Shown here: piece after piece, positions 44,261 to 55,324 of the stretch | Position numbering within the stretch: the first letter of the stretch is position 1 | Layout of the letters: every line of letters starts with the position of its first letter | The notes under the pieces: generated by a model | Told to the model about the DNA's origin: nothing | Databases searched by the model: none | What the model saw: only the letters and a program-made list of their open reading frames with translations | Assembly: GCA_964571635.1 (NCBI GenBank) | Contig: CAZNCN010000006.1 | Coordinates: 838 to 64,837, forward strand | Direction of reading: 5' to 3' | From: an uncultured Ruminococcus sp. | GTDB lineage: Bacteria > Bacillota > Clostridia > Oscillospirales > CAG-382 | Length of the DNA stretch: 64,000 nt | Program-made: the position numbers and the translations under genes

Positions 44261-46468
44261 ATGAAAAAGCTTACACTTGATAAGATATACATCACATCGT
44301 TCGGCAAGCTCGATCATGTCATGGTCACGCCGTCATGCGGCATAGGACTTATGGCGCTGCCAAACGAGAGCGGCAAGACGACATTCGCTATGTTTATAAA
44401 GTTTATATTCTATGGCTTTGTCGGCACACGCAACAGGACTGTCGCCGACAACGAGCGCACACTTTATATGCCTTGGAACGGCTCGAACGCCGAGGGTGCG
44501 ATAGAGCTTACCTATGGTGACGAAAAATACCGCATAGACAGATCCGTCAATGCGCAGGGCAAAGAAAAATTGTCTGTCACCGACCTTGCTACACGCAAGC
44601 AGGTGCTTGCAGACAGAATTCCGGGCGAGGTTTTCTTTGGCGTGGGCGAAGAGCTGTTTTCAAAGACAGTGTTCTTTAAGCAATTGGTCATCCCCCCCAA
44701 CGGAGACAAGGCGCTGGCAGAGAGCCTGCGCAATATAGTCGTTTCTGCCGATGAGCGTGACAGTGCCGACAATGCGGCAAGCAGGCTTGCAAAAATGCAG
44801 GGCGAGCTCACAAACCGCCAGCATCACGGCAGGATACACGATGCCGAAGCAGAGGCGGCAAAATATTCAGAGGAGTTTACGGCGGCAGAGAGTGCTGCAG
44901 AGCGTTTGAGCGCGATAAACGCTTCGATCGCTTCAAATACCGCAAAGATAGACAACGCAGTGCATGAGCTTGCAAGTCTTGGCAAAGAATTGGAAGCCAT
45001 AGAAAGTTTCGAAGCCTTGCAGACACTTTTGCGCCTAAAGGCATATCAAGAGGAGCTTGATGCAGCCGAAAAAGAATATAACGAGGCAAGAACCGGTTTT
45101 GACAGTGATGCTTTTGCCGCCATAGGCGGTGCAAGCGTGTTTATGAGCAGGCACGGCGATTATCTCACTGCGAGCAGAGAGGCAGAAACGGCATGCCAAA
45201 GATATGCTGCGGCAGAGGCAGAGAGCATCGCTGCGGCAGACAGAGTTCCAAAGGGTGTCGATGATGTTTCTGCCGACGATATAGGCAAGCACAAAAAGCA
45301 TTTCGGCATTTTTTTGACGATAGCTTTGTTTGTGCTTTCGGGTGCGGTAGCGTGCTTTATAGCAAGTCTGCCGATCCCGGCTGTCGTTGCACTGGCTGTT
45401 TCGGCATTGTTGCTTGTGCTTGCTTTCAGGAGCAAGAATTATACCGCACGACTCGCAAAGCAGTGCGGCTGTGAAACTGTCGACGAATTGCTTGGAATAT
45501 TGTCCGAGAAACCGACGCTTGTGCGTGAAGCGGCAAATGCCGCCTCAGAGCGTGACAAAGCCCTCAGACAAAAAGAAAGTGCCGAGATGGCACTCGCTGA
45601 AGCAAAGCAAGCACTTGACGAAACTATAAAATGCGTCGTCAGCGACAGCGACGGCGAAGAATACAACGATAAGATCAACGGCATAATCGAGGAGGCGAGC
45701 CGCATTTCGCAGCTCAAGACCCGCTTTGAAGCCGCAGAAAAGACACTTGCCGCCGCAACCGAGGGCATAGATACTGTCGAACTTGGCACAAAGGCAAAGC
45801 ACTATGATGGCAAAAGACCGGAGCGCGATCGCAAGACGGTCGAGAAAGACATCAAGTTTTATACCGCTCAAGCGGCACAGCTTGAAAAGAAAAACAGCGA
45901 TTTTGAGCACGAAAAGAGTCTTTTGATAGTCAAGCACGGCGATGCTGCAGTCATCAAGGGCAAGCTTGATGCGGCGAATGTGAGGGTATCAGAGTTAAAG
46001 CGTTTTAACAGCGCGTTGCTCATCGCCTCTGAAGTGCTCAAGGAGACAGGCGAATATATCAAATCATCGGTCTCGCCACGCATTTCTGCTGCCGCAAGTG
46101 AATATTTCGCAAGGCTTACAGATCAAAAATATCAGTCCTTAAAGACAGATACCGACCTCGCTTTGACATTTGGCGACGAATTTGAGTCGCACAGCAGCGA
46201 ATTTCTTTCTGCAGGCACACGTGAGTGCGCCTATATCGCTTTGCGCCTTGCGTTGGTCGATGCGATGTATCCCGATGTGTCTGTTCCCATGATATTTGAC
46301 GATGCATTTGTCTGCATCGACGACGACAGATTGCCGCGCATGATGCAAGTGCTTGGTGAGCTTTCTGCCGACAGACAGATCATCGTGATCTCGTGTTCCG
46401 ATCGTGAAAAGCGTGCACTCGACTCTGTTTCACTGCCTTATACCGAGCAGGAGCTCGCGCAATGCTGA
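44261..46468 (+). CDS. SMC/Rad50-like ATPase with central TM hairpin (YhaN type)
   Basis: PNESGKTT Walker A, coiled coils, two central hydrophobic helices, LSAGTRE signature, IFDDAF Walker B. Confidence 0.85.
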   Translation: MKKLTLDKIYITSFGKLDHVMVTPSCGIGLMALPNESGKTTFAMFIKFIFYGFVGTRNRTVADNERTLYMPWNGSNAEGAIELTYGDEKYRIDRSVNAQGKEKLSVTDLATRKQVLADRIPGEVFFGVGEELFSKTVFFKQLVIPPNGDKALAESLRNIVVSADERDSADNAASRLAKMQGELTNRQHHGRIHDAEAEAAKYSEEFTAAESAAERLSAINASIASNTAKIDNAVHELASLGKELEAIESFEALQTLLRLKAYQEELDAAEKEYNEARTGFDSDAFAAIGGASVFMSRHGDYLTASREAETACQRYAAAEAESIAAADRVPKGVDDVSADDIGKHKKHFGIFLTIALFVLSGAVACFIASLPIPAVVALAVSALLLVLAFRSKNYTARLAKQCGCETVDELLGILSEKPTLVREAANAASERDKALRQKESAEMALAEAKQALDETIKCVVSDSDGEEYNDKINGIIEEASRISQLKTRFEAAEKTLAAATEGIDTVELGTKAKHYDGKRPERDRKTVEKDIKFYTAQAAQLEKKNSDFEHEKSLLIVKHGDAAVIKGKLDAANVRVSELKRFNSALLIASEVLKETGEYIKSSVSPRISAAASEYFARLTDQKYQSLKTDTDLALTFGDEFESHSSEFLSAGTRECAYIALRLALVDAMYPDVSVPMIFDDAFVCIDDDRLPRMMQVLGELSADRQIIVISCSDREKRALDSVSLPYTEQELAQC

Positions 46469-48507
46469 CCTATGACACGCCGATATCAGCGCTCAAGGGT
46501 GTCGGTGAAGCAAAGATAGAGCTGTTCTCGGCGGCAGGCTATAACACGGCCCGCGATCTGCTGACGCTTTATCCGCGTGCATATCAGTTCAGGGGCGATG
46601 TCGCACCTATTTCGTCAGTCGAAACAGGCGATGTCACGTCAGTCATTGCCGTCGTCGAGGCAAACGCCGTCGAAAAGCGTTCGGCAAAGGGCATCAAGCT
46701 CGTCACAGCCAACGCATACGATCAAAGCGGTTCGCTCGAGATAGTATATTTTAATATGCCGTGGATGGCAAAAACGCTCGTCAAAGGGCGCAGAATGCGT
46801 TTTTACGGCAAGGTAACGCGCACTCTTTACGGTGCAAAAATGACCAACCCCGTTGCCGAGCCGGTGTTTGACGGAGCTGAGATCTTTGATATAATGCCTG
46901 TATATCCGCTCTCGGGCAAGCTGACGCAGAACATGATATACGGCTGCATAAAGCAGATACTGCCGCTTTGCGACAGCATTGAGGATATTTTGCACCCCGA
47001 TATAATAACGCAGTATAAGCTTATGCACAAGGGCGAGGCAGTCAGAGAATTGCATATGCCCACAAGCAAAGAGCGGCTTTATAATGCACGCCGAACGCTG
47101 GCATTCGAAGAATTGCTGGTGTTTCAGTTGGCGCTGAAGCGTATGAAGGACGGCGTAGCCGCCGTTCCCGCACGACCTCTGACATTCAAGGGCAGCGGCA
47201 TACGAAGGTTTTTTGATGCACTGCCTTACACATTAACAGGCGCACAGCAGCGTGCTGTCAAGGACGTACTCGGCGATATGTGCCTTGATACTCCGATGAT
47301 GCGGCTCTTGCAGGGCGACGTCGGCAGCGGCAAGACTGTCGTTGCTGCGGCTGCAATATATTTTGCCGTCAAAAACGGCGGACAGGCGGCGATGATGGCA
47401 CCGACAGAGATACTCGCTTCACAGCATTATTCAACGCTTTGCAAGCAGCTTTCGCCTTTTGGCATAAGGGTCGCACTTTTGCTCGGCTCGACTAAGGCGG
47501 CAGAAAAGACAAAAATAAAAAAAGAACTCGCAGACGGCGAGATCGATGTTATAGTCGGCACACATTCGCTCATTCAGGGCGATGTCGTCTTTGATGACCT
47601 CGTGCTTGCTGTTACTGATGAGCAGCACCGATTCGGTGTAATGCAGCGTGCCACGCTCGTCGGCAAGAGTGCTGAACCGTTTCAGGCACATACGCTCGTC
47701 ATGTCGGCGACACCTATACCCCGCACGCTGTCGCTGATACTTTATGGCGACCTCGATGTGTCTGTGATAAACGAGATGCCGCCGGGCAGACAGCCGATAA
47801 CCACCTACACATACAATTCTTCAAAGCGCAGAGATGCGTATGACCTGATCGCAGGCGAGATAGCCGACGGACATCAGGCTTATATAATCTGTCCTCTCGT
47901 CGAGGAGGGCGATGACGACGGCAAGCGTGCGGCAGAGACATACGCTTCGTCGCTTGCAGGCACTGCACTGTCAGATATAAGCGTCACGACAGTGCACGGC
48001 AGGCTCTCGCCCAAAGAAAAAGAAGCACGAATGCAGGAGTTCGCCTCGGGCAAGGTTAAGATACTTATCTCGACTACTGTTGTCGAGGTCGGTGTCGACG
48101 TTCCGAATGCGACGGTTATAATGATAGAAAACGCCGAGTGCTTTGGACTTTCGCAATTGCACCAATTGCGCGGCAGGGTGGGGCGCGGCAATTCACAGAG
48201 CTATTGTCTTTTGATGTGCGACAAGGATGGCGGAACAGCCTCGCAGCGTATGCGCATCATGTGCGATACCACAGACGGCTTTGAGATAGCTGAGGCAGAC
48301 CTAGAGCAACGCGGGCCGGGCGATTTCTTTGGCGAAAGGCAGAGCGGCGAAATATCGTTTGATTTTGCAGGAGCTTCAGATGCCGAGCTCATAAGCGTTA
48401 CGGCAAGCCTAGCAAGGTCTATCCCTGACGGATATCTGACCTATGCGCTCGAAAACGAGATCGACGGATTTTTTAAAAAGACTAAGGGCAACAGGATGTT
48501 CAACTGA
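46462..48507 (+). CDS. recG: ATP-dependent DNA helicase RecG
   Basis: LQGDVGSGKT, APTEILA, DEQHRFG, SATPIPR, QLHQLRGRVGRG, RGPG. Confidence 0.97.
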   Translation: MLTYDTPISALKGVGEAKIELFSAAGYNTARDLLTLYPRAYQFRGDVAPISSVETGDVTSVIAVVEANAVEKRSAKGIKLVTANAYDQSGSLEIVYFNMPWMAKTLVKGRRMRFYGKVTRTLYGAKMTNPVAEPVFDGAEIFDIMPVYPLSGKLTQNMIYGCIKQILPLCDSIEDILHPDIITQYKLMHKGEAVRELHMPTSKERLYNARRTLAFEELLVFQLALKRMKDGVAAVPARPLTFKGSGIRRFFDALPYTLTGAQQRAVKDVLGDMCLDTPMMRLLQGDVGSGKTVVAAAAIYFAVKNGGQAAMMAPTEILASQHYSTLCKQLSPFGIRVALLLGSTKAAEKTKIKKELADGEIDVIVGTHSLIQGDVVFDDLVLAVTDEQHRFGVMQRATLVGKSAEPFQAHTLVMSATPIPRTLSLILYGDLDVSVINEMPPGRQPITTYTYNSSKRRDAYDLIAGEIADGHQAYIICPLVEEGDDDGKRAAETYASSLAGTALSDISVTTVHGRLSPKEKEARMQEFASGKVKILISTTVVEVGVDVPNATVIMIENAECFGLSQLHQLRGRVGRGNSQSYCLLMCDKDGGTASQRMRIMCDTTDGFEIAEADLEQRGPGDFFGERQSGEISFDFAGASDAELISVTASLARSIPDGYLTYALENEIDGFFKKTKGNRMFN

Positions 48508-49454
48508 TGTATATAGGCAACAATTATTATAAGCACGGGCTGTTTCTTGCACCGCTCGCAGGCATTGGCGACCACGCATTCAGAAGTCTGTGCGCAGAAT
48601 ACGGCGCTGAGGGTGTCTGCTCTGAGCTGATCTCTTCAAAGGCGGTGTATTATAACGACAAAAAAACGCGTGCCATATCGACGCTTTACGACGACGAGCG
48701 ACCTGCCGCATTGCAGATATTCGGCAGTGATCCCGAAATAATGGCAATCGCCGCCGAAAAGCTTATGGAGTTCGCCCCGTCGTATATCGACATAAACATG
48801 GGCTGTCCGATGCCAAAGCTTGCAAAAAACGGTGACGGCAGCGCATTGATGCGAGATCCCGAGCTTTGTATGCGCATTGTCGAGTCGGTCAAGAGGGCGG
48901 TCGACGTGCCTGTTACCGCCAAGATACGCGCAGGCTATGACAAGGCGCATATCAACGCACCCGAGGTGGCTGCTGCCTGTGAGGCGGGCGGCGCAAGCGC
49001 TGTTTTTGTGCACGGCAGGACTCGAGAGCAGATGTATTCCGGTTATGCCGACAGAGCGGTCATCAAGGCGGTCAAGCAGAGCGTTAAGATCCCCGTCATC
49101 GGCAACGGCGATATTCTTTGCGGCAGAGATGCAATCGATATGCTGACAGAAACAGGCGTCGACGGCATAATGATAGGCAGGGGCGCCTTCGGCTCGCCCT
49201 GGGTGTTTGCCGAAGTCAAAGCGTTTTTGGAGGGCAAGGAATACACCGAGCCGACGGCAGAGCAAAAGCGCGATGCGATAATGCGCCAGACAGATACGGT
49301 CATCGCCGACAAGGGACTTGCGGCGTTGCCTGAGATGCGCAAGCACCTCGTGCGCTATGCGAGATTTTTTGCGGGCTCCGCACTTCTCAGAGCACGCATC
49401 AATTCGGTCACTGACCGTGACGGCATTTTTGAGATAGTATCTGCGATGTTTTAA
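48507..49454 (+). CDS. dusB: tRNA-dihydrouridine synthase DusB
   Basis: LAPLAG, QIFGS, DINMGCP, HGRTREQ, GNGDI, MRKH. Confidence 0.93.
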   Translation: MYIGNNYYKHGLFLAPLAGIGDHAFRSLCAEYGAEGVCSELISSKAVYYNDKKTRAISTLYDDERPAALQIFGSDPEIMAIAAEKLMEFAPSYIDINMGCPMPKLAKNGDGSALMRDPELCMRIVESVKRAVDVPVTAKIRAGYDKAHINAPEVAAACEAGGASAVFVHGRTREQMYSGYADRAVIKAVKQSVKIPVIGNGDILCGRDAIDMLTETGVDGIMIGRGAFGSPWVFAEVKAFLEGKEYTEPTAEQKRDAIMRQTDTVIADKGLAALPEMRKHLVRYARFFAGSALLRARINSVTDRDGIFEIVSAMF

Positions 49455-49528
49455 TAAAAAAATTTTTTATGGCTATTGAAATCACGAACGTGTTGATGTA
49501 TAATCTCAACATCAAAAACGGAGGCTGA

Positions 49529-50881
<1,353 letters not shown>

Positions 50882-50892
50882 TATGCAAAAAT

Positions 50893-50928
50893 AATCAAAA
50901 AAAGAGCCGTCGAGGCTCTTTTTTGATT
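50893..50928. terminator. Bidirectional terminator
   Basis: AAAAAAAGAGCC/GGCTCTTTTTT between convergent genes. Confidence 0.85.
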
Positions 50929-50929
50929 G

Positions 50930-51154
50930 CTAATCTTCGAACGTTTCAGCCGAAAGTGCAGTATATCCGGCATCTGTGATCGCCTTTTTGACCGCTTCAA
51001 GGTCGAGCGGTTCGGGCGAGTTTATGGTCGTCAAGCCTTTTTTGGATGACGAAACGACCTTTTTGACCTTAAAGCTGTTGCGAATGGCGTCGTTGACGTG
51101 CGCCTCGCACATGCCGCACATCATGCCATCGACCTTGACTGTTGTTTTATACAT
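50930..51154 (-). CDS. Heavy-metal-associated (HMA) domain protein
   Basis: VDGMMCGMCEAH CxxC motif, AITDAGY; 74 aa. Confidence 0.9.
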   Translation of the reverse strand: MYKTTVKVDGMMCGMCEAHVNDAIRNSFKVKKVVSSSKKGLTTINSPEPLDLEAVKKAITDAGYTALSAETFED

Positions 51155-51172
51155 AATATCACCTCACAATAA

Positions 51173-51226
51173 TAGTTAGTCGTCGCTAACTAAACTGATC
51201 ATATCACATATGCGGCTGTTTGTCAA
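51173..51226 (-). promoter_or_regulatory. Promoter of the HMA gene with palindromic operator TAGTTAG-N6-CTAACTA
   Basis: TTGACA 51226-51221, 17 bp, TATGAT 51203-51198; perfect 7-bp inverted repeat at 51173-51192 near the transcription start. Confidence 0.75.
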
Positions 51227-51247
51227 GCGTGGCGGCAGTGTTTTTTC

Positions 51248-51276
51248 TTGACAGTATTAATGGCATATAGTATAAT
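51248..51276 (+). promoter_or_regulatory. Consensus sigma-A promoter of the SMI1/KNR4 gene
   Basis: TTGACA-17-TATAAT. Confidence 0.8.
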
Positions 51277-51322
51277 TTATGTACAACCTAAGGCACTTTG
51301 AAGTGTCGGAAACGAGGCAGAA

Positions 51323-51756
51323 ATGTATCGCGAGCTTATTGCAAATGCAGCCAAAAATATTAAATATTCGGTATTGCAGCCGCCATGCCCCGAGAGCGAG
51401 ATTGCAAAAGCAGAGGCGTATATAGGTTATCGCTTCCCTCACGAGCTCAGGGCACTTTTGAAAGAAACAAACGGCGACAGATTCTTGCTGCTTTCTGTCG
51501 ACGAGATTGTCGAGCAAGTGAACTCAACCGCAAAAATTATGCCGAACATCTCGATGAGGATTTATACGCCGAGACAGAGAACTCTGTTTTCTTTGCCACC
51601 AACGGCATCGGCGATTATTATTGCTATAAAGCTTTTAAAAACGGCGATATCGACGAGAACACCATATATATCCGGGAACACGAAACCTTTGAATATCATA
51701 AGGTCGCCACTGACCTCGCCGAGCTTATCATAAAATACTATAACGACGAGATCTGA
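51323..51756 (+). pseudogene. SMI1/KNR4 (SUKH) family protein split by a frameshift near 51520
   Basis: N-half PPCPESEIAKAEAYIGYRFPHELRALLKETNG in one frame; C-half FFATNGIGDYYCY...IYIREHE..VATDLAELI in another. Confidence 0.8.
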
Positions 51757-51888
51757 TGCTTCGGCGGCAGCAAGAGAAATGAGGGCGGAGTATGTCGGCA
51801 ACATCTCGTTTGACGGCAACGGCAATATGCTTGCTCTGCTTATGCAATTGCTTTGTGATAAGTACTGAGCCAAACACGATACGCAAAA

Positions 51889-51925
51889 TAAAATCGAGGC
51901 GATGCTGCTCGCCTCGATTTTTTTG
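51889..51925. terminator. Bidirectional terminator
   Basis: AAAATCGAGGCGA/TCGCCTCGATTTT stem. Confidence 0.8.
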
Positions 51926-51937
51926 TTTTTGATACGC

Positions 51938-52891
51938 TTATTTTGCAAGCGTCATTTCTCCGTTTGTAAATACAAAATTGCGCATTCCCTTGCCGCTGAC
52001 CTTGTCTGCGGGTATCGCTGCTTCTATGCGCTGTATATCCTCTTTTGAAAGCTCTGTTTTGAGCGCATCTATTGCGCTTTGCAGATGCTCGGGGCTGGTA
52101 GTTCCTATGAGGCTTTGCACGTTATCGTATTTTGCAAGCGACCATGCAATGGCAAGCTGCGAAAGCGAAACGCCTTTCTCGTCGGCAATAGCCTTAACTG
52201 CCTTTATCAGCGGCAGATTTTTATCTTTGTGCTCGGGTGAAAGCATTCCGCGTGCGAAGCGTGGGTTGCCTGCGGCATCGAGAACATTGTCGGTGAGCAA
52301 TCCGTGACCGACCGTGCCGAACGCAAGCACCTTTACGCCTAATTCTTTTGCGGCAGCGATAAGCTCTTTTTCAATATCTCTTTCGATCAGAGAATAAGAC
52401 ATCTCGACCGTGTGGATCGGATGCACCTTGCAGGCGCGGCGCAGGGTTTCGGCATCGACCATCGAAAGTCCGATGTGACGGACATAGCCTGCCTCGACCA
52501 GCCTTGATATTTCGCCGACGACCTCTTCGACAGGGATCTCTGTATCCTGACGCGCGGGCTGATAGAGGTCGACATAGTCAAGCCCGAGCCGTGCAAGCGA
52601 ATAGGCGAGATGACCCTTGATATTGAACGGCTTGACGTCAAGTCCGTATATTCCGCCGCCGGGCAGAGGAAGCACACCGAATTTTACAGACAGAAAATAA
52701 CTGTCTCTCGGCACGCCGCGCATTGCCTCGCCAACGATCATTTCGCTTTCGCCGGTGGTATAAAATTCGCCGGTGTTAAAAAGCGTTATGCCGCTGTCAA
52801 GTGCCGCATGTATGGTTTTTATTGAATTTTCGGGATTTCGGCGTATCGACATGCCCATGCAGCCGAGTCCGAGTCTGCTTATATCAGTCAT
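51938..52891 (-). CDS. Aldo/keto reductase
   Basis: LGLGCMGM, SLARLGLDYVDLY, GYVRHIGLS, SQLAIAW, IGTTSPEHL. Confidence 0.92.
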   Translation of the reverse strand: MTDISRLGLGCMGMSIRRNPENSIKTIHAALDSGITLFNTGEFYTTGESEMIVGEAMRGVPRDSYFLSVKFGVLPLPGGGIYGLDVKPFNIKGHLAYSLARLGLDYVDLYQPARQDTEIPVEEVVGEISRLVEAGYVRHIGLSMVDAETLRRACKVHPIHTVEMSYSLIERDIEKELIAAAKELGVKVLAFGTVGHGLLTDNVLDAAGNPRFARGMLSPEHKDKNLPLIKAVKAIADEKGVSLSQLAIAWSLAKYDNVQSLIGTTSPEHLQSAIDALKTELSKEDIQRIEAAIPADKVSGKGMRNFVFTNGEMTLAK

Positions 52892-52904
52892 GAGCGTTCT
52901 CCTT

Positions 52905-53345
52905 TTATTTTTTAATATCTTTTACATTCAAAAGCTCGCACTTCTTAACTACAAGACCGTAGGGCTCAAAGATAAAGACAACGTTCCCGATGATCTCTGC
53001 CATCTGTCCCTCACGCACCTGCTCGTAAATATCAGTGGTGGGAAAAACTATCAGCGCATAGCATCTTGAGCCGTCTGCGTCTGTCATTTCAAAGCTGGGT
53101 GCGCCAAACGAGTCGGCGCCGACCTTGGATACAAGCCCACGAAGGCGTATTCTCTTTTCATAGTATTTGGCAAAAGCGTTTTCGTAATCGCTCAGAAGCT
53201 CGTCGTATAGCTTGATGGGGTCGAAGGGTGCATCGCCGTAAAGCTCCATATCTGTGGTTTCAAGCCGTTTTACACGGGCACGGAACTTTTCAAGCTCTTC
53301 TCCCTCGGGACGAACATGAGGGGGTAATTGGTTGAGTCTTGCCAT
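52905..53345 (-). CDS. Hypothetical OB-fold (tRNA_anti-like) protein, paralog of 55321-55734
   Basis: LYDEL..DYENAFAKYYEKRIRLRGLVSKVG pattern; GGAG RBS. Confidence 0.7.
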   Translation of the reverse strand: MARLNQLPPHVRPEGEELEKFRARVKRLETTDMELYGDAPFDPIKLYDELLSDYENAFAKYYEKRIRLRGLVSKVGADSFGAPSFEMTDADGSRCYALIVFPTTDIYEQVREGQMAEIIGNVVFIFEPYGLVVKKCELLNVKDIKK

Positions 53346-53357
53346 GTCGGTCTCCTT

Positions 53358-54347
53358 TTATAAATTAAATAATCTTTCTGCATTTTTATATGCAATAAGT
53401 TCTTTTTCGTTTTGTGCTATCGGCGCATTTTCGATGAAAGGCAATGCACCGTTGTTTAATATGAACGGATAATCGACCGAGTGAATGATTCTGTCTGCAC
53501 CGAGCACATCGATGCAGAATTTCAACTGCGGATAGTCAAAAATCCCGCTCGGGGTGACATACACATTTTCTCTGAAGGTCTCGGTTATCGTTCGTTTGAG
53601 CTTTGTTACCGATTGCGGCAATGCCTGATCGAGTCTGGAAAGAAAGAACGGCACCATCTCGCCCCAATGACCTGCAATGACCTGCAATTTGGGAAACCTT
53701 TCAAAGACGCCCGACAGAATCAGGCGAAGTACCTGTATGCCCGCCTCGTTGTGCCAGCCCCAGCCGTAAAGTGAGAGCCTTGCGCTGAGCCTGTCGCCGA
53801 GCCCGTCATAATAGCTTTTCTGCACGTTCGCCATAGGTGCGGCAGGGTGTATGTAGATAGGTGCGTTAAGGCTTTCGGCTGCCTCGAGTATCTGCCAAAA
53901 CGCCCTGTCATCAAGAAATGCGTCTTTGCCGGATGCACGTCCTGCAAGCACGACGCCTTGAAATCCGAGCTTTGTGACGGCTCTGTCAAGCTCTTTTACC
54001 GAAGCGCTTATGTTTTTCCACGGCAGGACGGCAAAAGCACCGAAGCGGTCGGGGTTATTTTGCACTATCTCTGCAAGCTCGTCGTTTGCGGCAGTTGCAA
54101 CGCCTGCTTCTTTCTTTGTCAAGAATTGCGTGCAAACGGGTGCTGAAAGTATTTGCTTTGTGATACCGTGCCTGTCCATATTTTCGAGGCGCTTTTGAAT
54201 ATTGCCATAAAGCTCTGCATCGGGGTAATAGGGCAATTCGGGTGATGAAGCCGCCAATGTGCGAATGGCGTCCTTTGACGGATGCATTGCCAATGCCTTG
54301 CCAAGCGTTTTTAACGGAATATGCTCTTCTATCGTGATAATCTTCAT
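53358..54347 (-). CDS. Amidohydrolase_2 family, aromatic-acid decarboxylase-like
   Basis: ITIEEH, PIYIHP, GWGWH, GVFERFPKLQVIAGHWGE, SVDYPF. Confidence 0.85.
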   Translation of the reverse strand: MKIITIEEHIPLKTLGKALAMHPSKDAIRTLAASSPELPYYPDAELYGNIQKRLENMDRHGITKQILSAPVCTQFLTKKEAGVATAANDELAEIVQNNPDRFGAFAVLPWKNISASVKELDRAVTKLGFQGVVLAGRASGKDAFLDDRAFWQILEAAESLNAPIYIHPAAPMANVQKSYYDGLGDRLSARLSLYGWGWHNEAGIQVLRLILSGVFERFPKLQVIAGHWGEMVPFFLSRLDQALPQSVTKLKRTITETFRENVYVTPSGIFDYPQLKFCIDVLGADRIIHSVDYPFILNNGALPFIENAPIAQNEKELIAYKNAERLFNL

Positions 54348-55324
54348 AATATCTGTTCTCCGCCGATGATGATCTGTCTGATTTTTTTGATCGCGGCAAT
54401 ATCCTTGTCAGGTCTGCCGTCGATCAGAATAAGGTCTGCTTTTTTGCCTGCCTTTATATATCCGAGCTCACAGTTGCCAAACACATCGGCGACCTTGCCT
54501 GTGGCGCTTGCAAGTGCCTCTAAGGGCGTGAGTCCTGCAAAGCAGAGCCTTTCGAGCTCGCAAAGCATAGAGCTGCCGTGCTGAACGGCAGGTGCAAAAT
54601 TGCCTATGTTGGCGTCTGTTGCAGCGAGTATGGTCGCATGGCATTCGTAAAGAGTTCTGACGGCCTGCTCTGCATTTTGATAATGGCTCGGCTTATAGCC
54701 GTTTCTTGCGCTGTCGGCGAACGCCTGCATCATTACAAGCGTGGGAGCGACGGCAATGCCACGTTCTGCTATTTCGCACGCAACCTCCTGCGGCAATTCT
54801 TCTTTCATCGGAACATGCAGCAGAATATCCGCACCGCAATCGATAGCCGTTTTCTGTGCCTTAACGGTCGTAGCGTGAACGGCGACCTTGAGAGCGTGCT
54901 CGTGTGCTGCCTCACAAATGCTTTTCAGTACTGCCTTTGGCATCAGATTCGGCTCGAACAAAAGTACCTTGATATATTTTGCACCGTCATCTATCGCACT
55001 TTGGACATAGCTTCTTCCGTTCAATGTGCCCATGGTCATGCCTGCCGATGAAACGATCGTGAATGGCTTTGCTTCTTCAATAAGTGCGGCAGGTGCCGAA
55101 ACATCACAGGTGGCGGTTATGCCGTATTTTTGCATCTCTTTGACCTGCTGAAGACAGGTCATATGTGTGTGTGCATCTATCAGCCCCGGCATTAAAAGGC
55201 AGTCGGAATTTGTGCTTTCTGCGCTTTTGACAGATGCTATAATGCCGTCATTTATCGTGACAGATGCGTTTTCTATCACCTTTTCGCCGTCAAAAAGCGG
55301 GTAATTTAGTGTCATGGTGCTCAT
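54344..55324 (-). CDS. Metal-dependent amidohydrolase (Amidohydro_1)
   Basis: MPGLIDAHTH, YIK, VAVHA, LLHVP, ATDA, GKKADLILIDG. Confidence 0.88.
   Translation of the reverse strand: MSTMTLNYPLFDGEKVIENASVTINDGIIASVKSAESTNSDCLLMPGLIDAHTHMTCLQQVKEMQKYGITATCDVSAPAALIEEAKPFTIVSSAGMTMGTLNGRSYVQSAIDDGAKYIKVLLFEPNLMPKAVLKSICEAAHEHALKVAVHATTVKAQKTAIDCGADILLHVPMKEELPQEVACEIAERGIAVAPTLVMMQAFADSARNGYKPSHYQNAEQAVRTLYECHATILAATDANIGNFAPAVQHGSSMLCELERLCFAGLTPLEALASATGKVADVFGNCELGYIKAGKKADLILIDGRPDKDIAAIKKIRQIIIGGEQIL

Noticed and set aside
51510-51530. Programmed ribosomal frameshift in the SMI1/KNR4 gene
   Set aside because: No slippery heptamer or stimulatory structure seen; mutation or sequencing error is more likely
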